A DNA stretch of 64,000 nt from Octopus vulgaris. Its lineage: Eukaryota. The notes under the pieces were generated by a model. It made no database searches. It saw only the letters and a program-made list of their open reading frames with translations, and was not told the origin of the DNA. The stretch covers positions 98,084,001-98,148,000 of the forward strand of contig OX597822.1 in assembly GCA_951406725.2 (NCBI GenBank), read 5' to 3'. A program made the translations under genes and the position numbers. Shown here one piece after another: positions 41,728-56,040 of the stretch (positions within the stretch are counted from its first letter, which is position 1; the number at the start of each line of letters is the position of its first letter).

Positions 41728-41765
41728 CAGTTGAAAAGGTCTCAAAATGACCGAAACCGGTACTG
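41728..41765 (+). ncRNA. Minimal type-I hammerhead ribozyme, U3-A8 variant
   Basis: CAG-TTGAAAA-GGTC(TCAAAAT)GACC-GAAA-CCGG-TA-CTG. Confidence 0.72.
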
Positions 41766-41852
41766 AAATGTTCACTATAAAATTATTTTAGCATTTTCTA
41801 GTTTTGACTTGTTTTTTCATATATATCAACTCGTGTGTTCCTTTTCACCCTT

Positions 41853-41901
<49 letters not shown>

Positions 41902-41935
41902 TATATAAATGTATATGTATATGTGTACATGTATA

Positions 41936-42382
41936 TCAACGCAAAACTTTATCCATTAACAACCGAACTACAAGAGAAAAAATGCGGTCGGCCTAACTGT
42001 GGTACATGCCCTCACCTTTTGGAGGGTTCAGAGTTCCACTTTAAACAAAGTGAAATATTTAAGATTAAATCAAATTTCTCCTGTGCCTCGGAAAACCTAA
42101 TCTATGCCATTAGCTGCTTAGTGTGCGGTAATCAATATATTGGTCAAGCAGGAATATCACGCCGTCGAATAACCACTCTTCACAAAGAACAAATCCGCCA
42201 CCCACAATACAGACAAATACAGGTCATGAATACATAGATAGGTGTGCTAGGAACCTTAATGCTAATTTCTTCATTTTACCCTTCTATCAATGTTCACAGA
42301 ACACCTCAGTACAGCAAAGAATTAATAACGAAGCAATTTTCATCAATAAATCTCATCCACAACTTAACATGAACACAATATA
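41936..42382 (+). pseudogene. Penelope-like GIY-YIG endonuclease fragment 2
   Basis: KCGRPNCGTCPHL..FSCASENLIYAISCLVCGNQYIGQ..LHKEQIRHPQYRQ..FYQC..E..FI.K..PQLN. Confidence 0.9.
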
Positions 42383-42804
42383 ATACAGAACACTACCAAC
42401 CTTACTAATAATGCCACTAACACCCATTAATTCCTTATACCATTCATATTACAGTATTATACCGAACCTAATTGCACCACATCCAGAATTACTTACTTTC
42501 CTTACACTATCTTTTACTCACAGACTAGTAGACACGACACCATTTGACAATCGGTGTGCATTCAAAGCCAGTGAACAGCAATGACGATACCGGTTTGACT
42601 TTGAATCTCTTTAAGAATTCAACATAATGAATTTAATTCCTCTTAATTCTACCTCAGTTCATCTAATTGTATTTATTTATCGCTACCTTTCATAAAAAAG
42701 ACTTTATTTGTTTTATATTCAATGTGTATTTTCGCTTTTTTCTTTCTTACTTTCCCCATAACTTTTCTACGTGTAGTTTCTATTTTCTTTTTGAAACATA
42801 TTTC

Positions 42805-43354
<550 letters not shown>

Positions 43355-43501
43355 TCTTGTCCCGAACCCACAAGAGTAAACAAGGGAGACAGAGACAGGC
43401 AGAAACAAGGAAGATGCCCCTTGTATTTGAATAGTATACAAATATTCTTTTAAAAACCTTTTCTTTTAATTTTTCAGAAATTTATCTGTTTTCCATACAT
43501 A

Positions 43502-43537
43502 CAGTTGAAAAAGTCTGAATGACTGAAACCGGTACTG
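43502..43537 (+). ncRNA. Minimal type-I hammerhead ribozyme, U3-A8 variant, second copy
   Basis: CAG-TTGAAAA-AGTC(TGAAT)GACT-GAAA-CCGG-TA-CTG; stem II shows G-C to A-U covariation versus the 41728 copy. Confidence 0.72.
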
Positions 43538-43802
43538 AAACGTTTTTTATAAAATTATTATAGCATTTCCTACCTTGAATTTTTTCCATATATATCAACT
43601 CTTTTCAACCTTCTACACACACACACACACACACACATACACACACACACACACACATATAAAGTTATATATATACAGATATATATTTATATATACACAC
43701 ATATGTATATACACGTATATATAAACTCACATATACATATAGACATATATATAGACATACATATATATACACACATATATCTATAAACATATTGATATAT
43801 AT

Positions 43803-43894
<92 letters not shown>

Positions 43895-46800
43895 TCTATT
43901 CGAATCCTACTTACGTCTGAGATTGGACATGTGATAAAAACATTGTATTAGGCCATTAAACAGAAAAGTAAAGACGTCGCCAACAAGAATCAATAGCAAT
44001 GACTCAAGGAATGTTATCAAGTATTGTTACTTCTCAATCTACCTGTGGCGAGATGCACACCTAATTTTTTAAATTACTGCTAATTCTCTAGATTTCTTAT
44101 CTAACACCTGTGAAGTCAAGCAAAATAAGTGCGAATGCATCCGTAAATAGAGACCTGACTGCATTTGAAATGTTGCCGGAGGCTTGGTGGAATGTTGCGA
44201 CTTTAAGAAACAGACAATTTTGAAAGAAAGTTTAAAAATACTATTTAATGACGTATCACCTACTACAATTCAGCACAATTGATGAAATGAGGTGTCAGAG
44301 GCAGACATTGATCGCTTCATTCTGTAATAACCAAACACTATTTCAATTAACGGTACAGTTTTCTGAAAGTTCCAAATAGATGCAGTTTTTTTTTGTCAAT
44401 AGTGTATAGGAAATATAACGGCAGTGAAATTATTTTTAGAATGTGGCTTTTTTCTTCAGAAAGCAGCAATAAAATTTATTACTTTTGTTACGAAGTATTT
44501 TGGTGTCTGAAATTAGACTTGTTTAGGTAAAGCTGGAATTAATGATTTGAAACTCGGCCATGAATATTTGCTAGCACATGGGCATTCTGTACATGATCTG
44601 GAATGTTATATGAAGTGGTTTCAGACATTATCGCGATTGCAGACTAATAAAAGTTCTTTTTTTTTCTACTGTGATGTAGTCATGTGTAGGAAAAGAACTA
44701 GAGCATTGATGGAAAGTGATGAAACGTTTAATGATCATCACTCTATTTAGCTAAACCAGTATGGCAACTAGAAGAACGTTACGCAGATTATTTACATTGC
44801 ACAATCGTTGTAGTGTAAATCATAGTGAGCCACTTGTAAATTTTGATCTGTCAATGAAAGAACATCTATTTTGGCTTGCCCCCTAAAGAAACACTTAGTA
44901 CTGTGAAAAAATGGAAATAGTGTATTGGGAAATACCATTTAAGATAACATAATTGGGATAAATCAACTAAATAATTCAAACTTATCTTAGATATTACGCC
45001 AGATGTAAATCATCTGAAACTACTTTTAGTTACTGTTTGACATTTATATTTTGAAACTCTTTTAATGAGAGAATAGTTTGTAAGATATTAACGAGGTACA
45101 GATACTACAGGCAAAAAGATTATATAAAAATATAGCAGATTTTCCAATAGAAAGAAAGCTAGTATTACATAAATGCGGAGGGGAGGGTTGTGATAAAGAT
45201 CCAGATGCAAATGAATAGAGAAAAAGAAGCAAGTTTCTAATGATAACGATAAAGGAAAGCCCACGAGTATATCATATGCCATTTGAATGTCAGCCTGAAC
45301 TTAGAATCTGCTGATTATTCAACAAGTTGCTGGGAATTCACTCAAATTCTTTTGGATACTGTTCGGTGATTACATATTTTGTTTTCTGCCTCTCCTGGGC
45401 AATGGCATGTACTAAAAAGAACATGTTTAAAAAACTTCACTGCAAGAATGTTTAAGCGAGATTAGCTGGGGGTGCTGTCTAGAATATGGCAAAGACATCA
45501 AATATGAACTTATAGCGACCCGAAAAGCTCTTTATAGGCTTGAAGAAATGCTCGCTTCTGATCCTTCAATATGATATGAAGACATCATTCTAAATCACAA
45601 AAGGAAAATTACAGTCTTCTATTGGTGATGCATGGTATAATGTCTCCAACAGAGAAAAAAAAATATCAACAAAAGTATACGGAGCACATCGGTGATTGTG
45701 TCTACTATGGTTTCACTCATGAATAATGTTTTCTAATTATTTTGTTGCTTATCGTACTAATATGTAAAACAGCATCAGTAAAAAATAAGCAACAAAATTT
45801 GCAGAAATTCCGATTTCTAAAAGGAAAAAAAAATACAAAACACCGTAAAACATTAGTTTGAATATGAGTGTTCTAATGGGATTTCAAATAGAGATGATCC
45901 AGAAAGATTAAGAAAATTGTGCATTCAGCGCAATAGTCCATGCTTCTATTAATTCTTTGAACAGTTAAAGCGGTTCAATGATGGGAATTTTTAAAACGTT
46001 TGCCAGATAAAAATTTACTGAGATTAGTATGTCAAAGTTTGGAAAATAAGATATGAAGAAGATAATGATATTATAACGGATATAACGAATGTGATCTGAT
46101 TGGAGCAAATATTGCAGAATAATTATTTCTCGGAGATGTAAAGAATCCGTTAGAAGCCGTTAGGCTTCATCAACCGTGATGACTTAAAAAAAATGTCATG
46201 TCAAAACTAATGCATACAATACTTAAACTGTCAGCACGAGAGAAAGTAGTTTTAGTAAAGACAAGCCTACATGGCTTCATTTTCACGATACTACGCGTTA
46301 AAAATTTGGCTATTTTGTCTTAAGAAAATCAAATTGCAAAGACGATACAGTAAATGCACTATAAATATTTGCAGAAAAGAAAATGTTTTAACCGAGATAA
46401 GGTCTGATTTTATCATCTACTGAGTTGTTCATATTCTTTAATTTTAGGAAGAAATTCGGTGTTTATTTAGCAAATAAATTCTTTACGTTTACATCCACGA
46501 CAGCCTCCATATTTTCTCACTCACCTATTTGTATATTTTGGTAGCAAAAATATATCGAAGTCATTGCCAGTAATGTTAATGCTGCATTTTTCTTTCGCTT
46601 TCTAGATACAGTAATGAAAGGATTCGAAACTTCGAAAATCATATACTCCTTATATCTCGGTAGCAAAAATGTATCGAAGATATCGTTAACAATTATAATG
46701 CCATCTCTATCTTTCTATCTGTTTTTCTCCTTGTTATTGTAATGAAAGGATCAAAACTACGAAAGTGTTTTGAATTTTTCTCTTTAGTCCGAATAGTGTT

Positions 46801-48976
46801 ATACACGCTATATTTTTGCATTTGCAATTGTTGTCTCACATAAAAACAAAATTAATATATGAAGCGAATATATTTGTAAGGACTTCGAAATTCCCTGTGC
46901 TAGGTTCATTTTAATTCCATCTATAGACTGTATCGTGTAATACGTTTTCCTTTCCTTTCTTTGTTACTAGGATATGGAAAAATTTTAGTGTTAACACAGA
47001 ATTCCTCGATGATTTCCATAGAGGGAAAATGGTTGGGTATACATGTCATCAAATTTAATAAGGATTTCCAAGACGGTTTTAGGTCTCATTAACACCTCAA
47101 CTCGCAGTTGACGAATTTTAAAAAAAATATTTCTAGCCTTTATATTTTAGATTTATTTCATCTGTCAGTGGCACACACCCTTCATTCAAGTAAAAATCTA
47201 CAATTCAGATATTACAATCCCCGCGCTATACCAACTGAACTAGCTGGACAATATCAGAGTTAGTCAATCTGTAAACATACGATTCTTGAAGTATGTAAAC
47301 ACTTTGAACTTTATGTAAGGTTTCGAAAAATGTCCCCGAAGGAATGTAGAAGAACTTGAACGTTGAATTATAAATAACATTTCGTAGATGAAATTTGTCT
47401 TCGGTGAAATTAATACTTACACTTTCATCGTATGATACCTAATCTTCTTGTGAATGTTAGATTAAGATTCCTATTCAGGTGAAGTAGTTCCACATCAATG
47501 CATCTTGACTCTCTATTGATGAAAGACTTACACAGACATTAAAACTTTCATTTGTACTTTAGCAATGGACAAACCCTGACAGAACAGACGTATGATAAAC
47601 TGTGCTACAAAGTGAATCATCTCTTTCCTCATTTCAAGACATTTTCGACCTCATCGTTTACAGAGAATGGTAATAGTGACATATTTGTCAAGCGTTTTGA
47701 AGTTGGCAGCAAAAGAAGAAGGGAATACTGTTATAACTCATAAATCGCCATCGTCTGATTTACACGATCGCGTAAAGGTTAAATACTATAGCCACCATAA
47801 TTCATGTTACAAGTAACAGTGAGGATATTTCACTACTTCAGAATACTTTGGCGGATGTGAACGAATGTGAATCAATAATGGTCATCATTTTACCAAATTA
47901 ATTAATGCTCTCAAACACACAGCGATTGATAGGAACTTCCATTGTCAATCCTCCCAATTTTTGGCGTAATTCTCTATATGATGGCAGTGTGATCAGATGT
48001 GTTTCTATTTTTATTTTCAACCATGAAATATATATATATATAGAGAGAGAAACATTCACTCAGACTCATAGAACCATAACATAATATTGACCGTTAGAAC
48101 GTTAAATTAGACACCAGTGTTTTAAAATTCGTCGTAGAAGATCAACACATTTATTGTCAGAACCAACATTTAGATTTATGATAAACTCTTTTGAAATTGA
48201 TGAAGGCTAGTGTCTGTGACTGTTCAACTTCATAGTAATACGTTTTTTGTTCTCTGTCTTTATGATATTGTAATGATGCATACACAAAAAAAGCAAGATG
48301 AAAATCTGTCTTTATGATATTAGAATGATGCATACAAGAAAAAATATATAACGAAAAACAACAACAAAATAAAACAAGATGGATATCAATGATGACTACT
48401 TGACATGAATTAAACTTATTGACACTTTTCTCACAAAAAAAACTTCTTGCTTATGAATTAGAATTATCAGTAGTTTGATTCCAATTTACAAAGGAGGCTA
48501 ATTTTAAGAGGAACGTGTGTGTCTGTGCACATACCGTGCCTATCAATGACAGCTATAATTGAAAGTCGTTTTGGAGATAGCCTTGAAGCCACATTATCAC
48601 GGGAAAGGAGAACGATACGACGTTTATACAAATATAAAGTTATTTTACTCATAGCGTATCACACACGCTATATATATATACAAACACACAATACAAACAC
48701 TAATTATATGGATACATATTTCGCTGTCATACTGAAAATGCTTATTTGTAGGAAACACTTAGCGAGGTAACTCAATAAAGCGAAATAGGTCAAAGTACAG
48801 CAGTACTGCTAAATAGGAAGGCGTAAAAATAAAATCGAGTCACAAGACACCTATAAACTCACACACACACACACACACACACACATAATACATACATACA
48901 TACATACATGCATGCATGCATGCATACATACATACATACATGCATACATACATACATACATACATTCATACATATA

Positions 48977-49388
48977 GGCGCAGGAGTGGCTGTGTGGTAA
49001 GTAGCTTGTTTACCAACCTCATGGTTCCGGGTTCAGTCCCACTGCGTGGTACCTTGGGCAAGTGTCTTCTACTATAGCCTCGGGCCGACCAAAGCCTTGT
49101 GAGTGGATTTGGTAGACGGAAACTGAAAGAAGCCTGTCGTATATATGTATATATATATATGCGTGTGTGTGTTTGTGTGTCTGTCTTTGTCCCCCTAGCA
49201 TTGCTTGACAACCGATGCTGGTGTGTTTATGTCCCCGTTACTTAGCGGTTCGGCAAAAGAGACCGATAGAATAAGTACTGGGCTTACAAAAGAATAAGTC
49301 CCAGGGTCGAGTTGCTCGATTAAAGGCGGTGCTCCAGCATGGCCGCAATCAAATGACTGAAACAAGTAAAAGAGTAAAAGAGTAAGAG
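48977..49388 (+). mobile_element. SINE B, full copy within (TACA)n
   Basis: Near-identical to 10309-10724. Confidence 0.9.
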
Positions 49389-49709
49389 TATACATACATA
49401 CATACATACATACATACATACATACATACATACATACATACATACATACATGCTGAGTGTCTACGAGGTTGAATTAATTCGGTTGTGTTAATGTTTTCAC
49501 TTTGTCGTTAATATCTGCTCGTTATTACTGTCCTGTTGAATTTTGTTTTTCTTTACCTAGGATAGCACAGGTTCCTATATGTTAGTTTTGTTTCTCGATA
49601 GGGAATTCGTATAGGGGTTGAATATACGTTGTTTTTAGAGGAATATACTATTGTGAAAATAGCGACAATTAAGAATGTCGGACGTTATATGGCTGATATA
49701 TGATATCGG

Positions 49710-49956
49710 AGACCCCCTTCGGTCACGACGCAGACCATGGGATTGCACCTAGAAAGTTACCCTCCTAGACACAAGTCCGGGCGAGGTTGTTTATGGAAGA
49801 CCAGCAGTCGCCCATGCATACCAGCCTCCCCTCCCCACGTCACCGATGTTATCCAAGACAAAGGACGATACAGCTTGGCACCAGTGACGTCGCAACTCAT
49901 TTCTACAGCTGAGTGAACTGGAGCAACGTGAAATAAAGTGCCTTGCTCAAGAACAC
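49710..49956 (-). mobile_element. SINE family D fragment (CORE/V-domain-like centre); partial copy at 50490-50582
   Basis: On -: gtgttcttgagcaaggcactttatttcacgttgctccagttcactcagctg. Confidence 0.6.
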
Positions 49957-49971
49957 TGATATATGATATAC

Positions 49972-50005
<34 letters not shown>

Positions 50006-50139
50006 TTGAATGTGTGTTCTTGTGCATAGAGAGAAGGTGAGCGGGAGAGAATAAAAAAAATTGCTTGTAATCCAGCATTAAGATAACTACATGATATTTA
50101 TATATGGGAAACTTTTCCGTGCATCCTTCTAAAATATTA

Positions 50140-50490
50140 CCAGGACATCACATGAAGACTGGTGCACGCTTGATTTGAAGATCCCCCATTTGTCAGTCTC
50201 ATTCTCGGCCAGAGCGCTGAAGTATTTAGTGATAGAGCATAAGGCGATGTTAGGATCACAGAGGCAAGATGAATCAGGGTGAGGCTGATATTTTGTGGAG
50301 GGGTCCGCTCTCAACCTCAGCCTGAGTGTCGCAGACTGCAATCGATGGTTGGTACTTCCAAGTTGTGCCCCTCTGTAGACCCAACAGTTTGTGACAAATG
50401 ACCCAGCGGCGGTAGATAATGATGATATGATCGATCGCCTTCCGGATATGGCCTTCCGGACTGTACCAAGTTCAGTGATTGATAAGTTTG
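50140..50490 (-). pseudogene. RTE-like LINE endonuclease C-terminal fragment
   Basis: VTNCWVYRGAQLGSTNHRLQSATLRLRLRA (S/TDH-type motif). Confidence 0.7.
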
Positions 50491-50582
50491 CATACCAGCG
50501 TCCCTTCTCCACGCCACCAATGTTATCCAAGGGAAAGGCAAAGGCCGATACAACTTGTCACTAGTGACGTTGCAGCTCATTC

Positions 50583-50806
50583 ATTAACGTGCAAGTGGCC
50601 GAGCATTTCACAGACACGTGTACCCTTAACGTAGTTCTCGGGAGATTCAGCGTGACACAGACTGTGACAAGGCTGGCCCTTTGAAATACAAGTACAACAT
50701 TAACAGGAAGAAAGAGTGAGAGAAAGTTGTGGTGAAAGAGGAATCGAAACCGCAATCCTACGACCGCGAATCCGCTGCCCTAACCACTGGGCTATTGCGC
50801 CTCCAC
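50583..50806 (-). mobile_element. SINE A1, partial and internally deleted
   Basis: Matches the family. Confidence 0.8.
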
Positions 50807-51209
50807 GTGCACTAGACATAACAACTACTTAAAAAGAAGAGCTACAAAAAATAAGCAAAGGTCAAGAACCACTTTGTCAGAGTGTCAAAGAAGCATGCGA
50901 CTTCTTTTTTAATAAAATAAGTAAAATGTTTTGTGTATACTATAGGTGAATCTGTCAAAAAGTTATTCGGGAAAAATAGCGATGTTGAGTTGATAGTCAT
51001 TTACAAAAACGGAAATGAAGTATTTATATTTGTTTTAAATATCGAATATTATTGTGCATTCATTAAGAAGGCAAAATTTATTCTAACACTAATTTAACGA
51101 ATAAAGAACATCCCAGTCAAATATTCGGAGGATTGTCGTCAACATTTTGAGGAGTTCAAACGACTTGATTAAAATCGCAATGGAATGAATAACAAGGGAA
51201 TCAACCAGC

Positions 51210-52150
51210 GCAACAGCTCTGGGCTAAAAGCTGAAGCAGAAGGACTGATATTCACAACAAAATAGCAATTCCTGACCACAAACTATAAAAGCAAAATAAT
51301 GAAAACAGGCCTTAATACCAAAAGCAGAATGTGCAACCAGCAGAATGCGACAGCTGACCATATCTTTTGCTGTACAGTCCTTGCCAAATTTGAATATATA
51401 GGTTTATACAGACGTGGCCGAGTAAATAAATATATCCAGTGGACAATATGCCAACACTACAACTTAAGAACTGGCAAAAATGTTATAAACATGTGCCAAA
51501 CATGGTACATGACAACAAGGCCACAACCATCTGAGATATGACTGTTGAAACTGACAAAGACAGAATAATCGCCCAGATATAATAATCAAGGATCGTGGAA
51601 ATAAGAATGGAGAAATTGTCAAAAGTACAAAGGCCCCGAAATTGAAGTATTCAAGATGTGAGACATGAGGTTGAAAGCAATACCAGTAAAAGTTGGAGCG
51701 TTCAGAATGATAAAATACGTTTGAACAAAACCATAAAAGCTATACCTGGACCCTCAATACTACACACTATCCAAACAATAGCACTGCTAGGAACCACCTA
51801 CATACTATGCAATACACTATCAATTCAATTATACAACCCAAACAAAACAATTCACAAACACGAAACACACTCTATATAGCAAATATCCAAAAGATTAAAC
51901 AGCCACAAACGGACCGGATGCCCAACAGGACACAACTAGCATTGCACACACAATACATGATACAAACACTGATACAGCAAAAGACTGTAACTAGAACAAA
52001 AGAAACTGACGTGATAGAATATCGGGAAGAGTTTGCACTCCCTCAAAAACCAAAAAAAAAAGAACACACAATGCTGCACTCATCCCAGAAACACAGATGT
52101 GAAGCAGGAGATGCAGCAGAAATTTGCCTGAAACTGCCAAATGTTGAATA
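51210..52150 (+). pseudogene. Decayed R4/Dong-like zinc-knuckle/RLE fragment and 3' end
   Basis: GLKAEAEGLIF, SRMCNQQNATADHI..C..LAK.EYI, NRPDIIIKD, IQTIALLGTTYILCNTL. Confidence 0.75.
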
Positions 52151-52333
52151 ATGATTAAACATTTCTACTATATGCACTAGGCGTGAATTTTTTTCAGGGA
52201 GGGGACAGTAGAGTACATACTGGTACTCTTTTCATCGACGCCGAAAGGATGAAAGGCAAAGTCGGCCGCGACGGAATTTAAACTCAGAACGGAGTGGCAC
52301 CCGGAGTGCTAACGAGTTTGTCAGGTCGCCGCC

Positions 52334-52400
<67 letters not shown>

Positions 52401-52411
52401 TAATAATAATG

Positions 52412-52469
<58 letters not shown>

Positions 52470-52534
52470 TAATAATAATAATAATAATGATAATAATAAT
52501 AATTATTATAATTATCATTTCAATTTTTTGCCAC

Positions 52535-52893
52535 AGGGATGAAGTCGATTACATCGACCCCAGTGCGTAACTGGTACTTATTTAATCGACACCAAAAAGA
52601 TGAAAGGCAAAGTCGACCTCGGCGGAATTTGAACTCAGTAGTAGCAGGAGACAAAATACCTATTTCTTTACTATCCACAAGGGGCTAAACACAGAGGGGA
52701 CAATCAAGGACAGACATAAGTATTAAGTCGATTACATCGACTCCAGTGCGTAACTGGTACTTAATTTATCGACCCCGAAAGGTTGAAAGGCAAAGTCGAC
52801 CTCGGCGGAATTTGAACTCAGAACGTAACGGCAGACAAAATACCGCTACTCATTTCGCCCGGTATGCTAATAATTATGTCAGCTCACCTCGTT
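52535..52893 (-). mobile_element. SINE C dimer with the same junction (~52660)
   Basis: aaaatac|ctatttctttactatccacaaggggctaa. Confidence 0.8.
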
Positions 52894-52934
52894 AAATAAT
52901 AATAATAATAATGATAATAATAATAATAATAATA

Positions 52935-53313
52935 AGTAAATATAAAGACCTGCTAATGGAAATTGAAAAAATGTGGCATCTCAAGGCGACTACAGTACCA
53001 GTGATTGTAGGATCTCTAGGAATGATAAAAAAAGGCACTGAAAACTATTTGAAAATGATTCCAGGCTCACCATCCCTACAGGAAGTGCAAAAAATCGTAT
53101 TAACTGGAACGGCTCATGTACTGAGAAGAGCACTATCGCTGTGAAAATAACATCCATCCATGAATTTATTTATTTATTAATTTTTAAATACATATTTTAT
53201 CTGTGAATTTGCGCATGTAATCTGGGAATGCATACAATGCCCTTCTCTGCCCTAGGTGTATGGAAAACACTCGGCGAGAAACGGAAGAAAATTTGAAGAA
53301 AGAAGGAAAAAAC

Positions 53314-53314
<1 letters not shown>
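52935..53314 (+). mobile_element. 5'-truncated R4/Dong-like 3' end inserted in (TAA)n
   Basis: KYKDLLMEIEKMWHLKATTVPVIVGSLG..LTGTAHVLRRALSL* plus 3'UTR; (TAA)n on both sides. Confidence 0.88.
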
Positions 53315-53344
<30 letters not shown>

Positions 53345-54182
53345 TAATAATAATGATGATGAGAAATATGGCACGAATACGAAGGAAATGTTAAATGGAG
53401 CACTGTTGCCTCTCAGCCTTTTCTACCGCTATTAGGGAGTTGACTGGGCCTATGCTACGTCAAACGTTTCAGTCTCTCTCCACTCATCACTCCTGTTGTG
53501 TTTAACCCTAGACTCGCACTAACCAATGCACATAACAAGATTATGGAGCATTTTCATCTCTGTCCTTGCTCGTGTCTTCCAAGCGGGTGTAGACTTGGAA
53601 TAGCATCAACATCATTTTTTCTGGAGGGCCCGCGAAGGCTGCAGTTAGTGTTCCTTCGTCCAGATTCAGTAATTAAAAATAAAACAAAAACACATATACT
53701 ACAGTGTTTTTCCAGCGCCATTACAGATCACACACATATTGGACAAATTCGATGACACTGGATGTTGGGCGAAATCGATCCACAACCATCAGCACCTCCT
53801 CTTGTACCACAATCATTGCTATTATGCTATAAGTACAATCGGCACCACAAATGTAAAAATACACCAGACGATTATGACAAACTTGTTGATGTCATTATTA
53901 ATTAATCGACGCACGGACAAATATAAATTGCTATTTAAAATTATGCATTAAATTTTATGTTGCTTGTTGACTATTAGCTATGCAATACTTTTCCGATATT
54001 TATCAACGTATATTATCTTTTTGCTGTATGTTATAATTTATCAGTAGATTAAAATTGAATGCAGCTATGAAAGTATTCGATAACTTAACTATTGTAATGT
54101 CTTATCTTTGTAGACATTTATTCAAACTTATTGGTTCAAATTATTGAATACAATCAGAATGTTATATTCGTTTCCATGTACA

Positions 54183-54713
54183 TCTCTATATTATAATTCT
54201 GAAATGCAAAAAGTTTGTTTGTCTGGTTTTAGCATTGAGAACGGGTTAAAGGGCACTAGATCCCGTCGGATGGACTCCAAAATTTACAGGCACATGTAAA
54301 ATGAGGTGAGGATGTTCGTGGGCTAGTTTAGAAATCCCTATCTTAAAAGGTGTGGTTACTAGGGCAAAAAATGCACACTTTGGCCAGTCTGCTCCCATTC
54401 TCTTATCTGCCCGTCTTCCTCCGTCTCTCCCTGTTTCCTCCCTTCCCGTCACTTTCTCTCTATAACGTCGCTTGACAGCATCTACTATCTTTCCCCCGCT
54501 GCCTTTGCCAGCGCTGTCACTCTCTGTCTGTCTGTCTCTCTCTCTCTACGTCTGTCTGCATTCATAGAGAGAATTATCATCGCCACCACTACCACCACCA
54601 CACAATCAATGAGAACAAATATTATGAATCAGATATTTATTGGGTTAATTAATATTTGTGCGTGTTCTATATATAAATATGTATATATAATGTATATATA
54701 CAAAGTGTATATA

Positions 54714-54752
<39 letters not shown>

Positions 54753-55650
54753 ATACATTAGCATATATAATGCGTACACACACACATGTATATAATGCAT
54801 ATATATGTACATATATATTTAATGCGTATATATATGGCCGCGGCCCTCGGGCTAAAACATTTTTAAGGATTTAAGGATATATATATATATATATATATAA
54901 TGTGTGCATGATGTGGTCGGTTGAGCTGAAAATATGCACACCTATGTTAAAAGTGCTGATGAGTTTGCATGACAACTATTCTTTTCCTCAAATGAAAGGC
55001 GTGATCTCTAGGACAAAATTCTTCATCTTATAAAATGTGACCCGAGTAGACCCGAATGAAATCGGGTTATATTAACCAAAATGTGAAAAGGGGTCTAAAT
55101 GGGGCTGGAAGGGGATTAAAATTTACAGGAGCGGGTGTTTAGGAATTTTCTTTTACATCAAGTTCAAAATTTTACGCCAGCCGTTAAACTGCCACTATGT
55201 TGCTGTCCGTCGTTAAGTATTGCCAGCCATGGTGACTCTACTATCCTCAGATTCTATCCCTTCAAAGTTTGGTTTCCAATATTTTTTTTATTATTATTCA
55301 GCTCGCAAGTTCGTCTGTCCCTTTTAAATGTTAGTGTTTTGCTGTCTGACTTGAAGCAGACCTTTCCGTTGTCACTGCCTGATATTTATGACTGATCTTG
55401 CAAAATATTTTCTTTCTCAACTTACTCAAGATCTTTTGTTGTTTATAAATGCGAGAGAGATAGAGAAAGATAGAGAGTAAAAGAAAGCGAGGGAGAGTCC
55501 GAGAGAAATGAAGAGTAAGAGAGTGGGATGGTGAGAGAGAAAGGAGAGAGAAACAAAGAGAGAGAGTGTGATGATAAAAAACAGAACGGAAGCAACAGAA
55601 AGCAACAACCTCACTCTTACCCGCGCGTAGAGCGGGTCACCTTAAGCTAG
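54183..55650 (+). mobile_element. Non-autonomous Helitron
   Basis: A|TC 5' end (TCTCTATATTATAA..gtttgtttgtctg), subterminal hairpin ACCCGC-GCGTAGA-GCGGGT (55619-55637), CTAG|T 3' end, no TSD. Confidence 0.78.
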
Positions 55651-55720
55651 TCTATCTATAAGTGCTGCACAGCTAAATATCCCCGCTTCCTACAAATGGA
55701 TGCAGCTGAAGAGCCAGTTT

Positions 55721-56040
55721 CATCATCATCATCATCATCATCGTTTAACGTCCATCTTCCATGCATTCATGAGTAGGACGGTTCACAGGAGCTGGCCAGA
55801 TAAAAAAAACTACCCTATGCTACTGTGTCTGTTTTGGCATGGTTTTTACTGCTGGATGCCCTTCCTAACACTACCACTCTGCAGAGTGGACTCGGTGCTT
55901 TTTAAGTGGCAATAGCACAGGCGAGGTTAGCTTTGGCATAATTTTTACAACTGGATGCCCTTCCAAATGTCATCCATTTTACAGTGTGAATTGGATGCTT
56001 TTTACGTGGCACCAGCACTGGCAGGGTTATCACGTTATTC
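55721..56040 (-). mobile_element. SINE family E fragment with (ATG)n tail and internal ~100-bp duplication
   Basis: ggcat..ttttac..ctggatgcccttcc occurs twice; RTE-like tail cgtttaacgtcc..ccatgc. Confidence 0.6.

Noticed and set aside
46536-46766. ~120-bp diverged tandem duplication (also a 52-bp one at ~48253-48345)
   Set aside because: Ordinary local duplications with no further structure.
47200-47250. tRNA gene on - (TCCAGCTAGTTCAGTTGGTATAGCGC..)
   Set aside because: Only a D-arm-like 5' half; no T-loop or acceptor pairing.
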